This document shows positions 9,901 through 18,271 of a stretch of DNA of 64,000 nucleotides, piece after piece. Source of the DNA: an uncultured Gemmatimonadales bacterium (GTDB taxonomy: Bacteria; Gemmatimonadota; Gemmatimonadetes; Longimicrobiales; RSA9); NCBI GenBank assembly GCA_963798845.1, contig CAWCUS010000002.1, forward strand, positions 64,001 to 128,000, read 5' to 3'. Each line of letters begins with the position of its first letter. Positions within the stretch are counted from its first letter, which is position 1. A program made the position numbers and the translations under genes. The notes under the pieces are model-generated. The model worked only from the letters and a program-made list of their open reading frames with translations. It searched no databases and had not been told where the DNA came from.

Positions 9901-12032
9901 CGCTGCTGCTGAGAAAGGACACGTACCGCAGCATGGTCGGCGGCGACGGGGCGTGCATGGGGTGCGGCGAGAAGACCACGGTTCACCTGATCACGTCCAC
10001 GATCGAAGCGCTCATGCAGCCGCGCGTGGCGCGGTTCGTGGAGCACCTGGACGAGCTGATCGCCGGCCTGGACGCCAAGGCCAGGGACCTGCTATCCAGC
10101 GACGCGGACCTGGACCTGCTGGCGGTGGCCGACGGTGCGCGGGTGGATGTGCCGATGAGCGAGGCCAAGCACCAGGAGCTGGGCCACCTGGCCACGGCCA
10201 TCAAGGCGCTCAAGGACCTGAAGTGGCGCTACGAAGAGGGGCCGAGCGGCCGCGGCCGCGCCGCCGCGGGGATCAGCAACTCCACCGGCTGCTCCAGCGT
10301 GTGGGGGAGCACGTACCCGTACAACCCCTACCCCTTCCCCTGGGTGAACCACCTGTTCCAGGACGCGCCGTCCATCGCGATCGGCATCTTCGAAGGACAC
10401 ATGCGGAAGATGGCCGACAATTTCGTGACCGTTCGGCGCGCCGAGAAGCTGCTGGCCGGGAGCTACATCCCGGAGCGCGACGAGCCGTTCTTCACGGACT
10501 TCGACTGGCGCCAGCTGAACGATGACGAGTTCAACCTGGTGCCGCCGATCCTGGCGATCGGCGGTGACGGCGCAATGCTCGATATCGGGTTCCAGAACCT
10601 CTCCCGTCTGCTGGCGAGCGGAAAGCCGATCCGGGTGGTGGTGCTGGACACCCAGGTGTACTCCAACACGGGCGGGCAGGCGAGCACCGGGACGTACACC
10701 GGCCAGTCCGCGGACATGAGCCCGTACGGGCGCGCGATCCACGGCAAGACCGAAGTGCGGAAGGAGCTCGCCTACATCGCGATGGCGCACCGTGGCGCGT
10801 TCGTCCACCAGACGTCCCAGGCTTCGGCCGCGCACATGATCGGCGGCGTGATCAAGGCGCTGAAGACCCGCCGGCCGGCCGTGATCAACGTCTACGCACC
10901 GTGCCCGGTGGAGCACGGGCTCCCCGACGAATGGGCGCCCACCGCGGCGAAGCTGGCGCTGGAGAGCCGCGCCTTCCCGTTCCTCACGTACGATCCGGAT
11001 GGGGGCCGGTCGATTTCCGAGTGCCTCAGCCTCGATGGGAACCCGTCGGTGACCGAGGTCTGGCCGACGTACGAGCTGAAGTACCTGGGCGCGGACGGAG
11101 CCGAGCAGACCGTGGAGCTCCCCGTGACCATCGCCGACTGGGCGGCCACGGAGACGCGCTTCAAGAAGCACTTCAAGCCAATGCCGGAGAGCGACTGGAA
11201 CGAGGACATGGTTCCCTTCCACGAGTTCGTGGCGCTGGATGCAGATGAGCGGGACGGAAAGACGCCCTTCATCCACACGGTGGGCGACGGCCGCACGCTC
11301 CAGCGGGTGCGGGTCTCGCACGAGATCGTGCAGCTGGCCGAGGAGCGGCTCCTCTTCTGGCACCAGCTCAAGGAGCTGGCCGGCCTCGAAGTGCCCGACT
11401 GGGTGCGCGACGAGATCGGCAGCGAAATGGAGGCGGAGCTGGAATCGAAGGTCGCCGCTGCCCGGCAGGAGTTCGAAGCCAAGCTCGAGGAGATCAGGGC
11501 CACGTACCCACGGATCGTCGCCCGCCGCCTGGCGGAGGGGCTGGTCCGGTCCGGGAACGGCGGCCGAACCGTGGCCGACCTGCTGCGCACGGCCGAAACG
11601 ACGCCCGGGCTCCAGCCGATCGGCGCGGACGTGGGTGGGCTGAGCCTGGGCTCGTCCCGCACCGCGGCAGCGAACGGCGGAGGCGTGGCCGTGGCGGACG
11701 CGCCCGCGGCGCAGGCCGCGGCCCCCGCGGCGGCCGTAGAGGCGCCCAGGTCCGCGACGGCCGTGGAGGAGGACGGCGACCTGGCGATGGAGCCGTTCAT
11801 CGAGACCGCCCGCTGCACGACCTGCAACGAGTGCACGAACCTCAACAACCGGCTGTTCAAGTACAACGACCAGAAGCAGGCGACGATCGCCGATCCGAAG
11901 GCCGGCACCTTCGCCGAGCTGGTCATGGCCGCCGAGCGCTGCCCGGCCGGGATCATCCACCCCGGGACCCCGCTCAACAAGAAAGAGAAGGACCTGCAGA
12001 AGTGGATGAAGCGGGCGGAGCCGTTCAACTGA
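6900..12032 (+). CDS. Large single-chain pyruvate:ferredoxin/flavodoxin oxidoreductase-like protein with extra C-terminal ferredoxin
   Basis: ATG 6900 overlaps the rnfB stop. AYPITPSTQMGE, EGEHAAA, HSVGGWGA, CTGCAQCWIQCP, CKGCNICVNVC, GACMGCGE, TGCSSVW, GGDG...DTQVYSNTGGQ, terminal CTTCNEC...CP. Confidence 0.92.
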   Translation: MKIPFSKKPATADEPRFPGVPEAIDGSTAIVQMETAGSEAAGAYPITPSTQMGEGWALAVSQGATNVNGRRLLFFEPEGEHAAAGVTAGMSMVGLRATNFSSGQGIAYMHESLYAAAGKRLTYVLNVAARAMTKHALNVHAGHDDYHAVDDTGFFQLFAKDVQSAADLNLIAHRIAELSLNPGLVAQDGFLTSHVIETIRLPERELVREYLGDPSDIIESPTPAQRMVFGEMRRRIPELFDVDYPAMLGTVQNQDSYAQGVAAQRPFYFDHVRALADRAMSEFAELSGRRYAPVLGYRLEDADYVLVGQGSVIPNAEAVADYLREKRGLKVGVLDMVMFRPFPSDLVARALAGKKAVAVLERVDQPLAVDAPLLREIRAAMSKAVENGRVARAGKPVPPRYPLPENLTVKLPHEGLPALAADQVPDFYSGGFGFGSRDLQAGDLVAAVENMTEGGSGRRQYYLGIEFVRKSTRLPKLEIWQQQLIEAYPKLPELALEPVKAVNLLPEGSTALRIHSVGGWGAITMGKNVALTAFELAGLHVKANPKYGSEKKGQPTTFYATLSREPVKINAELKHVDVVLSPDPNVFRHSNPLAGLSKGGVFVIQSDLSPEAAWDSFPSDAKRYIRSQGIKVYAIDGFSIAGEEASDPELRYRMQGAAFMGAFFKVAPLAEREGLDEATLLAGIQDQMKRKFGKLGDRVVQDNVRVIRRGFDEVKEVVPRAEEGEPNQVALPVAGVPEMLDVPVAEIGIGNPGRFFEQVCSLYGAGEEPIADPYAAMSAIPAATSVIRDMTNIRFEVPAFNAEKCTGCAQCWIQCPDSAIPGLVNTVEDLLDTAIRTASNGRSLDRIRQVSKHLSKEARKVIEGVPFNNFGDTLKAAYRNLVPKLNWEPERRQELDDDFAAVYPILAQFPLAKTQPFWDVPEGKEKGSGGLLSITVNPEACKGCNICVNVCADGALTTIKQDDEVVEALRRNWAFWKELPDTADRYINVRDLEEGIGVLPTLLLRKDTYRSMVGGDGACMGCGEKTTVHLITSTIEALMQPRVARFVEHLDELIAGLDAKARDLLSSDADLDLLAVADGARVDVPMSEAKHQELGHLATAIKALKDLKWRYEEGPSGRGRAAAGISNSTGCSSVWGSTYPYNPYPFPWVNHLFQDAPSIAIGIFEGHMRKMADNFVTVRRAEKLLAGSYIPERDEPFFTDFDWRQLNDDEFNLVPPILAIGGDGAMLDIGFQNLSRLLASGKPIRVVVLDTQVYSNTGGQASTGTYTGQSADMSPYGRAIHGKTEVRKELAYIAMAHRGAFVHQTSQASAAHMIGGVIKALKTRRPAVINVYAPCPVEHGLPDEWAPTAAKLALESRAFPFLTYDPDGGRSISECLSLDGNPSVTEVWPTYELKYLGADGAEQTVELPVTIADWAATETRFKKHFKPMPESDWNEDMVPFHEFVALDADERDGKTPFIHTVGDGRTLQRVRVSHEIVQLAEERLLFWHQLKELAGLEVPDWVRDEIGSEMEAELESKVAAARQEFEAKLEEIRATYPRIVARRLAEGLVRSGNGGRTVADLLRTAETTPGLQPIGADVGGLSLGSSRTAAANGGGVAVADAPAAQAAAPAAAVEAPRSATAVEEDGDLAMEPFIETARCTTCNECTNLNNRLFKYNDQKQATIADPKAGTFAELVMAAERCPAGIIHPGTPLNKKEKDLQKWMKRAEPFN

Positions 12033-12036
12033 GGGA

Positions 12037-12067
12037 CGCAGGGGCGGCGCGACGCGCCGCCCCTGCG
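12037..12067 (+). other. Strong GC hairpin between the PFOR-like gene and rnfC
   Basis: CGCAGGGGCGGCGC-GAC-GCGCCGCCCCTGCG, perfect 14-bp stem with no U-tract. Confidence 0.55.
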
Positions 12068-12198
12068 GGACGCGCCCCGGAGTGCGGCGCGCGGCGCGGC
12101 CTCGGCCGCGCAAGGTGGCGGCTAGGCCGCCGCGCCAGGTCAAGGGCAAGCGCACGTCGAGTCGTGCGACACGCGAGCGGTACCAACGCGAGTGACTG

Positions 12199-13749
12199 AT
12201 GTCAGCAGAAGCCTTACATGAGCCGACAGACGGAGGCCGAGCCGGAACGCGCCGCTCGCGCCGCCGCTCGCTCGCCGAGCTGTTGTTCGGGCCCAGCTTC
12301 CGGCACGGCGTTCACCCGCCCGGCTCGAAGGAGCAGACGGCGGACCTGCCGATCCGGCGCATGCCGTTCCCCGATGAAGTGGTGCTCCCGCTGCGCCAGC
12401 ACACGGGGAAGCCTTCGAAGCCGATCGTGAAGGTGGGCGACCACGTGGAGCGCGGCGACGTGGTGGCCGTGGCGGATGGCTATGTGTCCGTGCCCATGCA
12501 CGCGCCGGCGGCCGGAGTGGTCCGGTCCATCGGCTGGTGGCCGCACCCGGACGGCAGCATGGACGCTGCGATCCGCATCGAGGTGGACCGTTTCAACCCG
12601 CAGCTGCCGCGTCCGCGGCTGGTGCCCGAGTGGCAGGGGCTGACGGCCGACCAGGTGCGCAAGGCGGTGCAGGCCGCGGGCGTGGTGGGGCTGGGCGGCG
12701 CGGCGTTCCCGACGCACGTGAAGCTGAACCCGCCGGAGGAGTCGCCCGTCGAGCTGCTTCTGATCAACGGCGCGGAGTGCGAGCCGTACCTGACGAGCGA
12801 CCATCGGGTCATGGTGGAGTACCCGGAACGGGTGCACTTCGGCATCCGGGTGATGATGCAGTGCCTCGGCGTGGCGCGCGCGGTGGTCGGGGTCGAGAAC
12901 AACAAGCCCGACGCCATCGCCCGCCTGAAGGAGACCGTCCCGCCCGACCTCGACATACAGGTGATCGGCCTCACGGTGAAGTACCCGCAGGGCGCCGAGA
13001 AGATGCTGATCAAGGCGGTGACGGGCCGCGAGGTGCCGTCGGGCAAGCTGCCCATGCACGTCGGCGCGGTGGTCCAGAACGTAGGCTCCATCGCCGCGAT
13101 CGCGGAGGTGTTCGAGACGGGGTACCCGCTGATCGAGCGGATCGTCACCGTCACCGGACCCGGCGTCCGCACGCCGCGCAACCTGATCGTTCCCGTGGGC
13201 ACGAAGCTGCGCGACGTGCTCGAGTTCTGCGGCGGCCTCACCGATGACGCGACCGAGATCATCTTCGGTGGCCCGATGATGGGGATGCCGCAGGCGGACC
13301 TGGACGTGCCGATCGTCAAGGGGACGTCGGGGATCGTGGTCCTGACCGAGGCGGAGTCGGCGCGGCCGGCGCCCAACCCGTGCATCCACTGCGGCCGCTG
13401 CCTCGAGGCCTGCCCGGTCTTCCTGAACCCGCAGCAGCTCGGCCAGATGGCTCAGCGCGGGTTCTACGAGGAGATGGAGGCCGCGCACCTGATGGACTGC
13501 ATGCTGTGCGGCTCCTGCTCCTACGTCTGCCCCTCGAACATCCCGCTGTCGCAGATGTTCGCCCTGGGCAAGAGCGGACTGCGCCGGCTGAAGCAGCGCG
13601 AGAAGGAGAAGGAGGCGGAGAAGGAGGCGGAGAAGGCGAGGCAGGAGAGGGTGGACCAGGCGAGAGTCGAGGCCGCGGCGGCCGCGTCGTCGCCTTCCGG
13701 CGCCGCAGTCGGCGCGCGCGCGAAGGAGGGGGCGGAGGTGCACGCATGA
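12199..13749 (+). CDS. rnfC: Rnf subunit C
   Basis: GVHPP, GVVGLGGAAFPTHVK, INGAECEPYLTSD, KYPQGAEK, GGPMMG, CIHCGRCLEACP and CMLCGSCSYVCP. Confidence 0.97.
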   Translation: MSAEALHEPTDGGRAGTRRSRRRSLAELLFGPSFRHGVHPPGSKEQTADLPIRRMPFPDEVVLPLRQHTGKPSKPIVKVGDHVERGDVVAVADGYVSVPMHAPAAGVVRSIGWWPHPDGSMDAAIRIEVDRFNPQLPRPRLVPEWQGLTADQVRKAVQAAGVVGLGGAAFPTHVKLNPPEESPVELLLINGAECEPYLTSDHRVMVEYPERVHFGIRVMMQCLGVARAVVGVENNKPDAIARLKETVPPDLDIQVIGLTVKYPQGAEKMLIKAVTGREVPSGKLPMHVGAVVQNVGSIAAIAEVFETGYPLIERIVTVTGPGVRTPRNLIVPVGTKLRDVLEFCGGLTDDATEIIFGGPMMGMPQADLDVPIVKGTSGIVVLTEAESARPAPNPCIHCGRCLEACPVFLNPQQLGQMAQRGFYEEMEAAHLMDCMLCGSCSYVCPSNIPLSQMFALGKSGLRRLKQREKEKEAEKEAEKARQERVDQARVEAAAAASSPSGAAVGARAKEGAEVHA

Positions 13750-14825
13750 GAGGGTGGCGCGGGACGGGATGGGAGCAGCGGAGTGGCGTGCCAGGCCCGG
13801 AGTCGCCGGAGTTGAGGCTCGTCGCCTCACCGCACCTGCACGGGCAGGATTCCACGGCCCGGATCATGTGGTCGGTGGTGGCCACGCTCGTGCCGGTGCT
13901 GGTAGCCGCCACGTTCTTCTTCGGCGTGAGCGCGCTCCTGGTGGTGGCGGCGAGCATGGTGGGCGCAATGGGCATCGAGCGGCTGCTCGGCCGTGGCGGC
14001 GCCCTGCGCGACGGCTCGGCGGCGATCACCGGACTGCTCCTGGGGCTCACGCTCCCGCCCGGGTTCCCGCTGTGGATGGCATTCGTGGGCGGCGCGTTCG
14101 GGATCGGGTTCGGGAAGCTGATCTTCGGCGGACTGGGGCAGAACATCTTCAATCCGGCGCTGCTCGGCAGGGCGTTCCTGCAGGCGGCGTTCCCCACCGC
14201 GATCACCACCTGGCCGGCCGTGCGGAGCGCGGCGGCCGCCGGCTCCTGGCTCCAGCTGCGCGGCGACCTCTTCGCCGCCCCGCTCATGACGGCAGGAAAG
14301 GTGGACGTGGTGACCGAGGCCACGCCTCTGGGGCTGATGAAGTTCCAGGGGCAGGGCACGGCGCTGTGGCACCTTCTGGTGGGCAACGTCGGAGGATCCA
14401 TTGGCGAGACGTCGGCGATCCTGATCCTGCTGGGCGGGGCGTACCTGGTGGCGCGCAACTACCTGAACTGGCGAATCCCGATCGGGATCTTCGCCACCGT
14501 CGGGGTGCTCTCCAGCGTCCTGCACGCCATCAACCCCGCCTACCCGGGACCGCTCTTCATGCTCTTCAGCGGCGGACTCATGCTCGGCGCGGTCTACATG
14601 GCCACGGACATGGTCACTTCGCCGGTGACGCACAGCGGGTCATGGATCTTCGCATTCGGGATCGGGCTGCTCGTCGTGGTCATCCGGGTCTGGGGCGGCC
14701 TGCCCGAAGGGGTGATGTACTCGATCCTCCTGATGAACGCGCTCGTGCCGTTCATCGAGCGCGCCACCCAGCCGCGGGTGTTCGGCACGGCCCGGAGCCG
14801 GGCCGGGAAGATGGGGGCGGCATGA
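13746..14825 (+). CDS. rnfD: Rnf subunit D
   Basis: SPHLH, FGGLGQNIFNPAL, flavinylation-type TEATPL, GSIGETS, MATDMVTSP, PEGV. Start approximate. Confidence 0.95.
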   Translation: MRGWRGTGWEQRSGVPGPESPELRLVASPHLHGQDSTARIMWSVVATLVPVLVAATFFFGVSALLVVAASMVGAMGIERLLGRGGALRDGSAAITGLLLGLTLPPGFPLWMAFVGGAFGIGFGKLIFGGLGQNIFNPALLGRAFLQAAFPTAITTWPAVRSAAAAGSWLQLRGDLFAAPLMTAGKVDVVTEATPLGLMKFQGQGTALWHLLVGNVGGSIGETSAILILLGGAYLVARNYLNWRIPIGIFATVGVLSSVLHAINPAYPGPLFMLFSGGLMLGAVYMATDMVTSPVTHSGSWIFAFGIGLLVVVIRVWGGLPEGVMYSILLMNALVPFIERATQPRVFGTARSRAGKMGAA

Positions 14826-15628
14826 GCGACGAAGGGAAGCGGGAGCTGCCGGTGACCCCGGACCAGGCGTACCAAGCCGGGGGCGAGGCGGGTCCGGCAT
14901 TCGAGACGGACGCCGGACCTCACCCCTCGATGGACGAGGTCCCGTCGTGGCGCCTGGTGACCACGCTGGCCGTGGCGGGCGCCATGGCCGGACTGCTGAT
15001 CGTGGGCGTGTTCCAGTGGGCGGAGCCGCAGATCCTGGAGCACAAGGCGCAGGTGATGAGCGAAGCCATCGGCGAGGTGCTGGCCGAGCCGGACCACGTC
15101 CAGTCCCTGTACGTGGTGAACGATGCCCTCACACCGACCCCGCCCGCCGGCACGGACACGGTCACCGCGGAGAAGGTGTTCCTCGGCTACGACGCCCGCA
15201 ACCGGCCGGTCGGATTCGCGGTGCAGGGTGCGGAGCCCGGCTTCCAGGACGTGATCCAGCTCATCTTCGGCTACGACCCCGTGCACAAGCAGGTGCTCGG
15301 GCTGCGGGTGCTGGAGAGCAAGGAAACGCCGGGGCTCGGCGACAAGATCACCAAGGACCAGAAGTTCATCTCCGCTTTCGACAGGGTCACCGGGCCGATC
15401 CGGGGCGTGAAGGAGGGGGCGGGACAGGGGAGGGATGACGAGGTGGACATGATCACGGGCGCGACCATCTCGTCGCGAGCCGTCATCCGGATCATCAACG
15501 ACCGCCTCGAAGCGCTCGACCCTGTGCTCACCCGCTACATGGCGGAGAAGTACGGGGCCGCGAGTGCTCCGCTGGAGGGAAAGGCGCCGGCGCCGGCGTC
15601 GTCGGGTGTCGAGGGAGGTGAGCAGTGA
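14822..15628 (+). CDS. rnfG: Rnf subunit G (FMN-binding)
   Basis: Single TM, KETPGLG, FMN attachment motif ITGATISS. Confidence 0.92.
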   Translation: MSDEGKRELPVTPDQAYQAGGEAGPAFETDAGPHPSMDEVPSWRLVTTLAVAGAMAGLLIVGVFQWAEPQILEHKAQVMSEAIGEVLAEPDHVQSLYVVNDALTPTPPAGTDTVTAEKVFLGYDARNRPVGFAVQGAEPGFQDVIQLIFGYDPVHKQVLGLRVLESKETPGLGDKITKDQKFISAFDRVTGPIRGVKEGAGQGRDDEVDMITGATISSRAVIRIINDRLEALDPVLTRYMAEKYGAASAPLEGKAPAPASSGVEGGEQ

Positions 15629-16314
15629 GTCCCCGCCGGACCACGCCCACGCAGGACTTCCTGCGCGGGATCTGGAAGGAAAACCCGGTGCTGGTGCAGA
15701 TGCTCGGGCTCTGCCCGACGCTCGCCGTCACCAACACGGTGGCGAACGCCATCGCCATGGCCGCGGCCACGTTCTTCGTGCTTCTCGGCAGCAGCATCCT
15801 GGTCTCGCTGCTCAAGAACCTGATCCCGAACGAAGTGCGGATCAGCGCCTACATCCTGATCATCGCCACGTTCGTCACCATGGCGGACCTGACGCTGGCG
15901 GCGCTGGTCCCGGACATTCACAAGGAGCTGGGCGCGTTCATCGCCCTGATCGTGGTCAACTGCATCATCCTGGGGCGCCAGGAAGCTTTCTCTTCCAAGA
16001 ACACCGTGCGCCGCTCCATGCTCGACGCCGTGGGCACCGGTTTCGGGTTCACCATCGCGCTGCTGCTGATGGGGAGCTTCCGCGAGCTGCTCGGGAACGG
16101 GAGCATCCTGGGGGTGGCGGTGTTCGGACCGTCGTTCGAGCCGTGGGTGATCTTCGTGCTGCCTCCGGGCGGGTTCTTCACGCTCGGCTTCATCCTGCTC
16201 GCGTTCGGGTGGTGGGAGGAGAAGAAGGGGAAGGCGAAGCGGCCCGCTATCCGTGAGTGGCCGCACGGTGTGGCGTCGAGCACGGCGAGCGGGACCGGAA
16301 AGGTGGTGGCGTAA
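15625..16314 (+). CDS. rnfE: Rnf subunit E
   Basis: ENPVLVQMLGLCPTLAVT, LIVVNCIILGR, LPPGGF. Confidence 0.95.
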   Translation: MSPRRTTPTQDFLRGIWKENPVLVQMLGLCPTLAVTNTVANAIAMAAATFFVLLGSSILVSLLKNLIPNEVRISAYILIIATFVTMADLTLAALVPDIHKELGAFIALIVVNCIILGRQEAFSSKNTVRRSMLDAVGTGFGFTIALLLMGSFRELLGNGSILGVAVFGPSFEPWVIFVLPPGGFFTLGFILLAFGWWEEKKGKAKRPAIREWPHGVASSTASGTGKVVA

Positions 16315-16892
16315 TGGGCAGCGAACTGTTCTTCATCTTCATCTCGGCGCTCCTGGTCAACAACTTCACGCTGGCCATGTTCCTCGGGCTGTGCCCGTTC
16401 CTGGGGGTTTCGGGACGGGTGAGCACCGCGGTGCGCATGGGGATGGCCAACATCTTCGTGCTGGTCCTCACGTCGGTGGCCGCGTGGTTCCTCAACACTT
16501 ACGTGCTGGTCTCGGCGCCCTACCTGCGGCTGATCTCGTTCATCGTGGTGATCGCGTCGCTGGTGCAGATCGTGGAGATGACCATCAAGAAGGTGAGCCC
16601 GGCGCTGTTCCGGGAGCTCGGGATCTACCTCCCGCTGATCACGACCAACTGCGCGATCCTGGGGCTTGCGATCTTCCAGACCAACCGGGGCTACGGCTTC
16701 GCCGAGGGCCTGGTGTTCGCCATTGGCGCGGGGCTGGGGCTGACGCTCGCGCTCGTGCTCATGGCCTCGATCCGCGAGCGGACGCAGTTCTCGACCGTCC
16801 CCGGCGTCGCCAGGGGGATGGGCCTGGTGCTCATCATCGCCGGCAGCCTGTCGCTGGCGTTCATGGGCTTCGCGGGGCTGTTCAGCTCGTGA
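16314..16892 (+). CDS. rnfA: Rnf subunit A
   Basis: NNFTLAMFLGLCPFLGVS, LGIYLPLITTNCAILG, SLAFMGF. Confidence 0.96.
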   Translation: MGSELFFIFISALLVNNFTLAMFLGLCPFLGVSGRVSTAVRMGMANIFVLVLTSVAAWFLNTYVLVSAPYLRLISFIVVIASLVQIVEMTIKKVSPALFRELGIYLPLITTNCAILGLAIFQTNRGYGFAEGLVFAIGAGLGLTLALVLMASIRERTQFSTVPGVARGMGLVLIIAGSLSLAFMGFAGLFSS

Positions 16893-17032
16893 GCGTGGCC
16901 GCGGCGGTCATCGGGTTCGCGGTGCTCTTCGGCGCGTTCGGGCTGCTGGCCCCGGCGCTCCGGAGGAAGGGGTGCGGTGGGGGGAGCTGCGGCTCGTGCG
17001 GCGGTGGCTCGTGCAAGTACACGGAGCAGTGA
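16889..17032 (+). CDS. 47-aa Cys-rich membrane microprotein (NqrM-like or FeoB-associated-like)
   Basis: GTGA overlap with the rnfA stop. MSVAAAVIGFAVLFGAFGLLAPALRRKGCGGGSCGSCGGGSCKYTEQ; stop 1 nt before apbE. Confidence 0.8.
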   Translation: MSVAAAVIGFAVLFGAFGLLAPALRRKGCGGGSCGSCGGGSCKYTEQ

Positions 17033-17033
17033 G

Positions 17034-18029
17034 ATGATGAATCCTGAAAGCGATCGGCGCCCCACGCGGCGCGAGTTCATCGGCCTGGGTCTCGGCGCCC
17101 TCGTGGTGGCCGCGACGCCGGGCGTGATCCGGCCTCGCCGCGCGCGGCTGGTGCGCCGGACCATCCCGGTGATGGGGACCATCGCCGAGGTGGGCGTGGT
17201 CGATCGCGACGAGCGCCGGGCCGAGGCCGCAATCGACGCCGCGCTCGCCGAGCTTCGCGCCGTGGATCGGGCCATGACCCGCTTCAGCGATCACTCCGAG
17301 GTCGGGCGTGCCAACCTGGAGGCGCAGAAGCGGCCCGTCCCGGTCGGTGCCGCGACAGCCACGGTCGTGGCCGCGGCGCTCGAGTGGGCCTCGAAGACGG
17401 AGGGCGCGTTCGACCCGGCGATCGGCCGGGCGGTTGGCCTGTGGGACGTGAAACACCGCCACGCGCCGCCCGCCGAGGGCGAGGTCCGCAGCGTGGCGAG
17501 GGCCGGGCTTTTCCGGGCGCTGGAGCTCGGGCGCCGGGGCGGGAGCGATGTACTGCTCTACCACGACCCTGCCGTCTCCCTGGACCTGGGCGGGATCGCC
17601 AAGGGCTACGCGGTGGACCGCGCGGTGGCGGCGCTGCGGGACCGCGGCGTCGAGAACGCACTCGTGAACGCGGGCGGCGACCTCTACGCCATGGGCGTTT
17701 CCGAAGACGGGGACGCGTGGGAAGTGGGCGTCCGGGATCCGTCGAACCCTGCGGGCATCATCGCCCGGTTCCGGATGAGCGACCGCGCGGTCGCCACGTC
17801 CGGCGACTACGAACAGTATTTCGACTACCAGGGGCGACGCTACTCGCACCTGCTGGATCCCCGCACGGGCGCCCCGCGCCGCACCGCGGAGCACAGCATC
17901 ACGGTGGCGGCGGACCGCTGCATCGATGCCGACGCCGCGGGCACGGCCGCATTCGGTCAGGACGCGGCGAGCGGGGAGCGACTCATCCGCCGCGTGGATC
18001 CACGCGCGGACCTGCTGTACATCGCATAG
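17034..18029 (+). CDS. apbE: FAD:protein FMN transferase (flavin transferase)
   Basis: Tat signal TRREFIG; VMGT, GAFDPAIG, LDLGGIAKGYAVD, NAGGD, VATSGDYE, YSHLLDPRTG. Confidence 0.95.
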   Translation: MMNPESDRRPTRREFIGLGLGALVVAATPGVIRPRRARLVRRTIPVMGTIAEVGVVDRDERRAEAAIDAALAELRAVDRAMTRFSDHSEVGRANLEAQKRPVPVGAATATVVAAALEWASKTEGAFDPAIGRAVGLWDVKHRHAPPAEGEVRSVARAGLFRALELGRRGGSDVLLYHDPAVSLDLGGIAKGYAVDRAVAALRDRGVENALVNAGGDLYAMGVSEDGDAWEVGVRDPSNPAGIIARFRMSDRAVATSGDYEQYFDYQGRRYSHLLDPRTGAPRRTAEHSITVAADRCIDADAAGTAAFGQDAASGERLIRRVDPRADLLYIA

Positions 18030-18038
18030 GAGGAGACC

Positions 18039-18260
18039 ATGAGCACACAGAAGGCCTACTGCTCGGCCTGCGACCACGAGGTCGAGGTCGTGCTGCGGCC
18101 GGACTTCGAGATGGTGCCCGGGGAGCCGATCCCCACGGAGGCCATGGTCTGCCTTGCCTACGGCGAGACGTGCACCGGCGCGCTCTGTCCCCTCTTCGGC
18201 GTCGCGCCGGAGCAGATGCGGGGCAACCTGGACCGGAGCGGACTGCTGAACCACGGTTGA
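18039..18260 (+). CDS. Small Cys-rich hypothetical protein (paralog 1)
   Basis: AGGAGG RBS; YCSACDH...VCLAYGETCTGALC...RSGL. Confidence 0.85.
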   Translation: MSTQKAYCSACDHEVEVVLRPDFEMVPGEPIPTEAMVCLAYGETCTGALCPLFGVAPEQMRGNLDRSGLLNHG

Positions 18261-18271
18261 AGGAGGGCTCC

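Noticed and set aside
6786..10046. 1086-aa antisense ORF and other long shadow ORFs (e.g. 2159-4012, 43567-46143, 51296-53341)
   Set aside because: Typical high-GC artefacts opposite or overlapping well-supported genes; no motifs.
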